Source of the DNA: Thermoplasmata archaeon
Lineage (GTDB): Archaea; Thermoplasmatota; Thermoplasmata; RBG-16-68-12; JAFNFQ01
Direction of reading: 5' to 3'
Assembly (NCBI GenBank): GCA_041489255.1
Contig: JBGPQV010000027.1
Location: 1 to 32,599 of the forward strand
DNA length: 32,599 nucleotides
Every line of letters begins with the position of its first letter. Position 1 is the stretch's first letter. The position numbers and the translations under genes were made by a program. Below, piece after piece: positions 8,136 to 15,324 of the stretch. The notes under the pieces were generated by a model, which ran no database searches, was not told the origin of the DNA, and was given only the letters and a program-made list of their open reading frames with translations.

Positions 8136-8198
8136 GTATTATATAGCGTATCGGTGTTATAGGACAATTGTCGGACAAATAGCCGGAAGTTGTCAGAC
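8136..8198 (+). promoter_or_regulatory. Promoter of the RHH-ftsZ operon: TATA box plus GACAA/TTGTC operator-like repeats
   Basis: TTATATA at 8139-8145; palindromes GACAATTGTC (8163-8172) and TTGTC-G-GACAA (8168-8178); TTGTCAGAC at 8190-8198. Confidence 0.6.
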
Positions 8199-8214
8199 GC
8201 ACGAAGGAACCGCA

Positions 8215-8532
8215 ATGGCTTCGGAATCGGAACGTGTGACGATCAGAATCCCACCGGACAAGATCAACAGACTACAGACACTGGTGAAGAGCGGCGAGTT
8301 CTCCACCATCTCCGACGCCATCAGAGCAGCCATAGATCGCTTCATAGACCAGCAATTCGCGCCTGACTACATCCGCAAGATGACCATCGAACTGCCGAAG
8401 GGCAACGTGGTGGACCTGCAACAGCTCGTTCGGAGCGGTGACTCGGTTTCGATCGAGGACGCAATCCGCAACGCGGTGCGGGAATACGTCCGGAGGCGGG
8501 TTACGAAGGCCATCGAGAAGACCGACGAATGA
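8215..8532 (+). CDS. cdrS: CdrS-like cell-division regulator with two tandem ribbon-helix-helix domains
   Basis: Two repeats, RVTIRIP...LVKSGEFSTISDAIRAAI and KMTIELP...LVRSGDSVSIEDAIRNAV, directly upstream of ftsZ, as in the archaeal cdrS-ftsZ2 arrangement. Confidence 0.8.
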   Translation: MASESERVTIRIPPDKINRLQTLVKSGEFSTISDAIRAAIDRFIDQQFAPDYIRKMTIELPKGNVVDLQQLVRSGDSVSIEDAIRNAVREYVRRRVTKAIEKTDE

Positions 8533-8647
8533 GGGAAGGGCCACAGAAGAGACGCGTGACACCCCCAAAAAAGAAGTAGTGCGGGATGCACGAGGTGAGG
8601 CGGGCTCACCGCCGCCTCACCCCGATACCCGCAGGAAGGAAGACGGG

Positions 8648-9721
8648 ATGGGACTGGAGAACCTGCTCGACAGGAGCAATCGGGAACTTGAAGAGTTCGC
8701 CTTCCGCAAGCCGCGCATCCTCGTCGTCGGTTGCGGCGGGGCAGGGTGCAACAGCGTGAACCGCCTCTCGCAGATGGGTGCCAAGGATGTGGAGATGACG
8801 GTGATCAACACGGACAAGGTTCATCTGGACCGCGTCCAGGTGGAGAGCAAGTTCCTCCTTGGCGGCGGGATCACCCGGGGCTACGGGACTGGCGGGAACC
8901 CCGATGTCGCGGAGAGGGCGGCCCAGCTCCAGGAGAGAGAGCTGAGGGCGCTGGTTGGCGGTGCTGACTTGACTTTCATCACCGTCGGTCTTGGCGGCGG
9001 GACAGGGACGGGACTCGCTCCTGTCGTCGCCCGCCTCGCAAGGGAATCGGGCTCGATCGTGGTCGCGCTGGCGACGACGCCTTTCAAGGTCGAGAAGGGT
9101 AGACAGAAGGTCGCGCTGGCGGGACTGGAGAAACTCCGTCAGGCGACGGACAGCCTCATCATCCTCGACAACAACCGCCTCGTCGAGATCGTGCCTCAGC
9201 TGCCGGTCGAGCAGGCGTTCGCGGTCATGGACCAGCTCATCTCCGAGGTCGTCAAGAACGTCACAGAGATGATCAACCTCCCCGGACTCATCAACCTGGA
9301 TTTCGCTGACGTCAAGGCGGTGTTCCAGAGTGGCGGGATGTCCACCGTGCTCTACGGGGAGAACTCGATCTACGAGTCGGAGAAGCTCGTGGCCGAGATA
9401 CTCAACAACCCGCTCCTCGATGTCGACTGCAGCGCCGCAAAAGGGGCGCTCATACACATCTCATCCGGTCCTCGCCTGAAGCTCGGGACAGCGTACGCGG
9501 TCATCGACGGCCTGACGCGCGAAATGCCTGAAGAGGCGATGGTGAAGTTCGGCGTGCGCTTCGACCCCGAGAACGAGGGCACGATCAAGGTCATGTGCAT
9601 CATGACCGGCCTGCAGCTTCCGATGACGCTGAGGCCGTCGGATGGCATCGTCAAGGTAAGCGGGGCTTCCGGGGACGCGCCCCCGGCACCGCCAAACGCT
9701 TCTGGATTCCTGAGAAGATAG
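8648..9721 (+). CDS. ftsZ: Cell division protein FtsZ (probably FtsZ2, about 357 aa)
   Basis: VVGCGGAGCN, INTD, GGGTGTG tubulin signature and INLDFAD T7 loop. ATG 8648 follows AGGAAGGAAG. Confidence 0.96.
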   Translation: MGLENLLDRSNRELEEFAFRKPRILVVGCGGAGCNSVNRLSQMGAKDVEMTVINTDKVHLDRVQVESKFLLGGGITRGYGTGGNPDVAERAAQLQERELRALVGGADLTFITVGLGGGTGTGLAPVVARLARESGSIVVALATTPFKVEKGRQKVALAGLEKLRQATDSLIILDNNRLVEIVPQLPVEQAFAVMDQLISEVVKNVTEMINLPGLINLDFADVKAVFQSGGMSTVLYGENSIYESEKLVAEILNNPLLDVDCSAAKGALIHISSGPRLKLGTAYAVIDGLTREMPEEAMVKFGVRFDPENEGTIKVMCIMTGLQLPMTLRPSDGIVKVSGASGDAPPAPPNASGFLRR

Positions 9722-9730
9722 CGATCATCT

Positions 9731-9751
9731 ACCTCCTCCCCCTCTTTTTCT
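9731..9751 (+). terminator. Pyrimidine/oligo-T tract after ftsZ
   Basis: CCTCCTCCCCCTCTTTTTCT between the convergent ftsZ and thrS genes. Confidence 0.4.
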
Positions 9752-9782
9752 GATCATTGACAGACGAAGTGCCGTCGGATGG

Positions 9783-11675
9783 TCATCCGCGGAACCCTGG
9801 TCTCAGACTGATTGGCTTCGGGAGGCTCAGTGGCTTGAACGGCCTGCCCTTTGTCTCCGTGAGGATCCTCGCTTGGAGTTCCTCGACCGTCATCTCGGTC
9901 TGTTCCTTTCCGGTCCTCTCGCGGACGTTGAGCTTGCCCGACTCTACTTCCTTCCTGCCGACGACAGCGATGTACGGCACCCATTCTTTCTCCGCCTTGC
10001 GTATCTTCTTGTTCAGCGAGTCGTCAGTGTCGTCGAGGTCCGCCCTCACACTCTCGAATCTCGAGAGCATGGACTTGCAGTACTCCAGCTGGTCTGACGA
10101 GACGGGGACGAGTCTCACCTGCGTCGGCGAGAGCCAGAGGGGCAAAATCGGCACCTTCCCCGCCTTCATCCCCATGTACGCCTTTTCCAGGAGCGCGTAG
10201 ATGTTCCTCTCGATCGCCCCCGCAGGGGATAGGTGCAGGATGTACGGGAACTGCCTCTTGCCGTCCGCATCGATGTAGGTGATGTCGAACCTCTTCGCGT
10301 TCTCGGTGTCGATCTGGTCGGTCGTCAGGGCCGCGGCCTTGTCGCTCGCGTCGACGAAGTTGATCTCGTACTTCATGACGTAGTAGAAGAACTGCCTGTC
10401 CCACGTCTCGAGGAGGAGCGGCTTCCCCCAGCGTCTCGCCATCTCAAGCGCGTGCTCCTTCCCGTTTTCCCAGAAGTCCTTCGTGACGCGTATGCTCAGC
10501 TCGAGGTCCGCGGGCACCGAGAAGCCGATGTTGCCCAGCAGGCTCATGGCGACCCCGAACCGCACGAGCATTTCGGACTTGGCCTGCCCCATGTCAGTGC
10601 AGAACGCATGGCAGTCGGGCATCGTGAAGGACCTCAGGCGTCTCAGACCCGCCAGCTCTCCCCTCTGCTCCGCACGGAACGAGTATCGCGTGAGCTCGTA
10701 GAGGCGCATGGGCATCTGCCTGTACGACAGGGTCATGTCGTGCGCCATGAGGAACTGTCCGAAGCACGCGGCGAAGCGCAGGAAGGTCTTCTTGTTCGGC
10801 GTCTCGAGGATGTACTGCCTGGCGGGGAACCTGTTCAGGTAGCTTTTGAGGGCGGGGTGCTCGAAGTCGTACATGATCGGCGACTCGATCTCCATGCCGC
10901 CATAGTCGATGATCGTGCGAGTCGTTATTTCCTCGAGGAGCGACTTGATCAGCCGTCCCTTGGGATAGTATCGGAAGTTGCCAGGGTCGCTGCCGGGCTC
11001 GTAGTCGACGAGTTCGAGCTCCCTCATGATCTTGGTGTGCGGCGGCTCCTCCTTGACCTCCCTGCTCTTGGCCATCTCGTAGATCGCGAACTTCCCCAGG
11101 TTCACGTGAGACTTGAAGTCGAAGCCGTCCACCCTGCCGTCTTTGATCGAGAGAGGTGACAGTCTTCCTGATGGATCGAGGATGAACCACTCGGAGACGA
11201 GCTTCTCCTCTGCCTTGACAGCCTCGGAGACCTCTTCCTTCTTCGCTTCCGCGGTCACCTCGATCTCCCTCGAGAGCTCGGAGAGGGGGTGGCCCTTGCA
11301 GGATATCTTGAAGGACTTGTAGTAGCCAAAGGGCGAGGACATGACCTCGTAGCCTGCCTCAACGAGGTCCTCGGCGATGTGGCCGAACATCTCCCTTGCG
11401 GGCGCGGCCTTCGCGAGGGAGGGGCTCAGGTGCGCGTAAGGATACACGACGACGCGGGTCGTCTTGACGGTCTTCGCGACATCCTGAATCTCATTGACGG
11501 CCGCTCTGGACGTTCCGCCGACATCCTTCTCGTCTTTCTCCTCTGCCGTGATGAAGCAGACGAGCGCCTCGTCGATCTTCCCGCGCTTCAGCTCGTCGGG
11601 GATGGGCAGGGCGTCCTTGGTCTTCTCCCTGACCTCGTACTCCATGTAGTCCGCATGGATGAATAGTATCCGCAT
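9783..11675 (-). CDS. thrS: Threonine--tRNA ligase, archaeal type with N-terminal editing domain (about 630 aa)
   Basis: MRILFIHADY start, YPYAHLS and PFGYYKSFKISCKGHPLSE editing domain, LRFAACFGQF, FTMPDCH, and anticodon-binding domain. Confidence 0.97.
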   Translation of the reverse strand: MRILFIHADYMEYEVREKTKDALPIPDELKRGKIDEALVCFITAEEKDEKDVGGTSRAAVNEIQDVAKTVKTTRVVVYPYAHLSPSLAKAAPAREMFGHIAEDLVEAGYEVMSSPFGYYKSFKISCKGHPLSELSREIEVTAEAKKEEVSEAVKAEEKLVSEWFILDPSGRLSPLSIKDGRVDGFDFKSHVNLGKFAIYEMAKSREVKEEPPHTKIMRELELVDYEPGSDPGNFRYYPKGRLIKSLLEEITTRTIIDYGGMEIESPIMYDFEHPALKSYLNRFPARQYILETPNKKTFLRFAACFGQFLMAHDMTLSYRQMPMRLYELTRYSFRAEQRGELAGLRRLRSFTMPDCHAFCTDMGQAKSEMLVRFGVAMSLLGNIGFSVPADLELSIRVTKDFWENGKEHALEMARRWGKPLLLETWDRQFFYYVMKYEINFVDASDKAAALTTDQIDTENAKRFDITYIDADGKRQFPYILHLSPAGAIERNIYALLEKAYMGMKAGKVPILPLWLSPTQVRLVPVSSDQLEYCKSMLSRFESVRADLDDTDDSLNKKIRKAEKEWVPYIAVVGRKEVESGKLNVRERTGKEQTEMTVEELQARILTETKGRPFKPLSLPKPISLRPGFRG

Positions 11676-11742
11676 GGTTGCGGAGGCAAAGGCGGTCTCC
11701 GTATAAATAGGATTATTATATCCGCCAGAGGATGCGACCGCG

Positions 11743-12591
11743 ATGTCCTGGAACCCGCCAACCTGCAAGCTCGCCTTTCCGGACAGGCAAATGATCCTCT
11801 CCCGGGCGCACATTATGGGTGTTGTTAATGTCACGCCGGACTCTTTCTCCGATGGCGGGATGTTTCACGAGCAAGATACCGCCATCAAGCACGCTCTGAG
11901 GCTCGTGGAGGAAGGAGCGGACATCATCGACGTTGGCGGTGAATCGACCCGCCCCGGCTCCAGCTCCGTCCCCGCAGATGAGGAGTGGCGGCGGGTCGAG
12001 CCGGTCATCAGGGCGCTCGAGCGCGAGTCTGATGTGCCGATCAGCATCGACACGATGAAGCCCGAGGTTGCATGGAAGGCGATCGAGGCGGGAGCGATAA
12101 TGGTGAACGATGTCTCCGGCCTGAGGGACAAGGAGATGGTCGATCTGGTCGCGAGGGAGCACGTTGCGGTGACGATCATGCACATGCTCGGGGAACCTAA
12201 GACCATGCAAGAGAACCCGGTCTATCGTGACGCAGTCAAGGAGGTGAAGGATTACCTTCGCGGCCAGATGCAGGTCGCGATGGATGCAGGCGTCGCAAAG
12301 GACTCCATAGTCATCGACCCGGGGATTGGATTTGGCAAGACGGTCGACCACAATGTCGGACTGATCAACCACATCCCCGAATTCGCGGAACTTGGGCGGC
12401 CGGTGATGATCGGGGCCTCGAGAAAATCCTTCATCGGTGCAATCACGAGGGCAGACGTGACGGACAGACTGGAGGGGAGTCTGGCGGCCGCAGTCATGGC
12501 GGTGGTGAGAGGGGCGCGCATCGTCCGCGTCCACGATGTAAGGCAGACACTGAGGGCGGTGAAGGTCGCCGAAGCGATTCTGAAGGCGTGA
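11743..12591 (+). CDS. folP: Dihydropteroate synthase
   Basis: MGVVNVTPDSFSDGG, IDVGGESTRPG, DPGIGFGK, GASRKSFI and RVHDV motifs. Confidence 0.96.
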   Translation: MSWNPPTCKLAFPDRQMILSRAHIMGVVNVTPDSFSDGGMFHEQDTAIKHALRLVEEGADIIDVGGESTRPGSSSVPADEEWRRVEPVIRALERESDVPISIDTMKPEVAWKAIEAGAIMVNDVSGLRDKEMVDLVAREHVAVTIMHMLGEPKTMQENPVYRDAVKEVKDYLRGQMQVAMDAGVAKDSIVIDPGIGFGKTVDHNVGLINHIPEFAELGRPVMIGASRKSFIGAITRADVTDRLEGSLAAAVMAVVRGARIVRVHDVRQTLRAVKVAEAILKA

Positions 12592-13704
12592 TTAGATGGC
12601 GACGCCGACGGCCAGCCCGACCAGATAGGTGACAGCTGACGCACCCAGTCCGATCAGGACCATCTCGAAACCACTCCGTATGAACGGCTTCAACGTGGAG
12701 AGAGAGCGGATCACACCCGCAAAGAAGAGAGCCGTGCAGGTGAATGCGACCGCGGCGGTGATGCCCGGCAGCGGGGGCAGAAATAGGAATGGGATGATCG
12801 GAACGACGCCTGCCAGGATGAATGCCAGCCCGGTGTACATCGCCAGGCGAAGCGGCTTTTGAAGCTCGAGGTTCGCGAAACCGTGCTCCTCGGCGACCAC
12901 CGCCTTCAGGAACTCCTCATGGTTCCCTGCGAGGCGATTCGCGACGTTCTCGGCCTCCTGCTCGTTGAGCCCCTTTTTAAGATAGGCGTTCTTCAGCTGG
13001 GCGCGCTTGACATTCGGCGAGACCTCGATCGCCTGGCTCTCGAGGCGAATCATGGATGACTGCGTTTCCTGCTCAGCCTTTATCGAAACGTAGTTGGACG
13101 CCGCCATCGACGCCGCCCCCGAAACCAGACCCGCCAATCCGGCGATGAAAATGGTGGCGCTGTTGCTTATGGCTCCCGCCACTCCCGCCACGAGGGCAAG
13201 TATGCTGCCAAATCCGTCGTTCGCGCCGAGTATCATACTTCTCAAGGCGCCTCCGGACGCGGACTGCCGGCCTAAGTCGGAAAACAGGTCGACCTCGTGC
13301 AGGACCTCGTCTGGCAGCACCTTCGCGAAGGCGGCCTGCGTCAACGGATCCTTCCACCTCTCCTGCTGCCTCTTGTACTTGGCTATGCCCTCGACCTCGC
13401 CCTTGTGAAGGATGGCGAGGACCGCCCCGGGACCGAACACGCGAGCGAGAGTTATAAGTATCCTGTCGCTTGCGGTCCGCCTGGCCTTCGGCAGCGGGTG
13501 TCCGAGTTTCTCCATGATGCCCTTCCATATCTCGGCGTGGTTCCTCTCGTAGTCCGCCAGCATCCGCATGTACGTGGCGCGTTCCGCATCCTTGTCCATC
13601 CCCGCCAGCTTCGCATAAGTCCATTGGGCTGAGAGCTCGCTGAGGTAGTCCTTCTCCAACCCCTTTAGGTCGGTCTGGGTCCAAGTGAAAGATTCCTGCG
13701 CCAT
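12592..13704 (-). CDS. Ferritin/rubrerythrin-like domain fused to a VIT1/CCC1 iron transporter (about 370 aa)
   Basis: ExxH motifs (YERNH, DEVLH), then ILGANDG, GAASMAASNYVS and GVVPIIPF of VIT1/CCC1. Confidence 0.88.
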   Translation of the reverse strand: MAQESFTWTQTDLKGLEKDYLSELSAQWTYAKLAGMDKDAERATYMRMLADYERNHAEIWKGIMEKLGHPLPKARRTASDRILITLARVFGPGAVLAILHKGEVEGIAKYKRQQERWKDPLTQAAFAKVLPDEVLHEVDLFSDLGRQSASGGALRSMILGANDGFGSILALVAGVAGAISNSATIFIAGLAGLVSGAASMAASNYVSIKAEQETQSSMIRLESQAIEVSPNVKRAQLKNAYLKKGLNEQEAENVANRLAGNHEEFLKAVVAEEHGFANLELQKPLRLAMYTGLAFILAGVVPIIPFLFLPPLPGITAAVAFTCTALFFAGVIRSLSTLKPFIRSGFEMVLIGLGASAVTYLVGLAVGVAI

Positions 13705-13819
13705 GCGCTCCTTCTGGCGACCATGCCGCCCTTGCACTAATGCCTATCGGATTGCCGCGGCTCGGAGTCCCCCTCTCAGGTGCCGGATTTAAGTAGAGCG
13801 CGGAATATCTTCGCCGACT

Positions 13820-14749
13820 ATGCCTGAGAGAACTGCCGTTGTCACCGGCGGGGCGGGGTTCCTGGGCTCGCACCTTGTCGAGGAGCTTGCGAGGAGGAAA
13901 TGGCGGGTGCGGGTCATCGACGATCTCAGCAATGGAAGCCGATCCAACCTCTCCGCGGTCAAGGGCAAGGTGGATTTCAGAAGGGCGAGCATATTAAATC
14001 CCAAAGCCATGGGTGCGGCGTTCAGAGGTGCCGAAGTTGTGTTCCACTTGGCGGCGAAGGTCTCCGTCGCCGAGAGCATCGAGAAACCAGAGCTATACGC
14101 CCGCGTGAATGTGGCGGGACTGATACAAGCATTGGAGGCCGCGAGGCGACACGATGTCAAGCGCTTCATATTCCCTTCAAGCGCAGCCGTGTATGCCGAG
14201 AAAGGACCCGCCAGGAAGACGGAGAAAAGCCCACTGCGACCGGTTTCGCCTTATGCCGTGACGAAAGTTCTCGGGGAGGCACTCTGCCGAGTCTATCACG
14301 AGGACTATGGTTTAGGGACGGTGTCGCTGAGGCTATTCAACATCTACGGCGCGAGGCAGGCGGCGGTCGGCGGGTACGCCTCGGTCATCCCGAAATTCAT
14401 GCGCGCGATTGCAGAGGGCAAGAGACCGGAAGTCCATGGTGATGGCAAGCAGACCAGAGATTTCGTTCACGTCGGCGACGTGGTCACTGCCTTTCTGCTC
14501 GCAGCAGAACGGAAAGGGGTCAGCGGGGAGGAGTTCAACATAGGATCTGGAAAGGCCGTCAGCATAATCGCACTCCTTGACTTGATCAGAACCGCCGCAG
14601 GTTCGAAGGTGCAGCCCAAGTTCGTGGCGGCAAGACAGGGAGAAGTGAGGGATTCCTGCGCGAGCATCGCGAAGGCCAAAGGCTTGCTTGGCTTCCAGCC
14701 AAAAGTGTCTTTGGCGGAAGGACTCGCGGGGTTGGGCCGCCAGTTCTAG
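13820..14749 (+). CDS. NAD-dependent sugar epimerase/dehydratase (GalE-like)
   Basis: VTGGAGFLGS, SSAAVY, SPYAVTK (YxxxK) and GDGKQTRDF. Confidence 0.93.
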   Translation: MPERTAVVTGGAGFLGSHLVEELARRKWRVRVIDDLSNGSRSNLSAVKGKVDFRRASILNPKAMGAAFRGAEVVFHLAAKVSVAESIEKPELYARVNVAGLIQALEAARRHDVKRFIFPSSAAVYAEKGPARKTEKSPLRPVSPYAVTKVLGEALCRVYHEDYGLGTVSLRLFNIYGARQAAVGGYASVIPKFMRAIAEGKRPEVHGDGKQTRDFVHVGDVVTAFLLAAERKGVSGEEFNIGSGKAVSIIALLDLIRTAAGSKVQPKFVAARQGEVRDSCASIAKAKGLLGFQPKVSLAEGLAGLGRQF

Positions 14750-14796
14750 GGCAACTTTCATAGACTCGGACATTATTCTCCCAAACAGGTGATGCA

Positions 14797-15213
14797 ATGG
14801 AAGGACAACCACAAAGCACAGAACCGCCTCATATGGAAAGAATCGTCGTCCCGCAGTCCGGAGCCTTCCCCGCATCGAGACCTCAGAGGGCCCGGCCAGG
14901 CAATGGGGCGATACTGGCGATGCTCATTGCCGCAGTGGTCTTGATAGTGATCGGAACGGTAGTCTTGGGGGCCACTGAAATCATCGACGAACCCATGTCA
15001 TACCCCCATGTGGATTACGATAGGCTCATCCATAGATTGACTTTCGCCGGCCAAGTTCTTATTTCCGTCGGCGTGGTCATGTTCGCGCTCTTGGGGTGGA
15101 TCATGGCAATATTGAGGACGGACATGCCGGAGAGGGTCCGCCAAAGCGCGTTGATTGCGCCGGCTATCATAATGGCGGCATGGCTGGTCTTCTTCATGTT
15201 GTCAATGTTATGA
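14797..15213 (+). CDS. Hypothetical membrane protein (3 TM)
   Basis: Three hydrophobic segments; AGGTGAT RBS just before the ATG. Confidence 0.75.
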   Translation: MEGQPQSTEPPHMERIVVPQSGAFPASRPQRARPGNGAILAMLIAAVVLIVIGTVVLGATEIIDEPMSYPHVDYDRLIHRLTFAGQVLISVGVVMFALLGWIMAILRTDMPERVRQSALIAPAIIMAAWLVFFMLSML

Positions 15214-15257
15214 TTTGACGAATCACAGAGGGCAGGACCGAGCTGAAGCCTCGCTCG

Positions 15258-15272
15258 CAAACATTATATAAG
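15258..15272 (+). promoter_or_regulatory. Archaeal BRE/TATA promoter
   Basis: CAAACATTATATAAG about 55 nt upstream of TTG 15325, which has a GGAGG RBS. Confidence 0.6.
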
Positions 15273-15324
15273 CTCCGAGGCACTACGCTCGCCCATCCAT
15301 ACCTCAGGGGAGGAGAGGAAGCTG

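Noticed and set aside
8438-8647. 70-aa N-terminal extension of FtsZ
   Set aside because: It overlaps cdrS and the hairpin; there is a good RBS before ATG 8648.
11676-11834. N-terminal extension of ThrRS
   Set aside because: It overlaps folP; archaeal ThrRS begins at MRILFIH.
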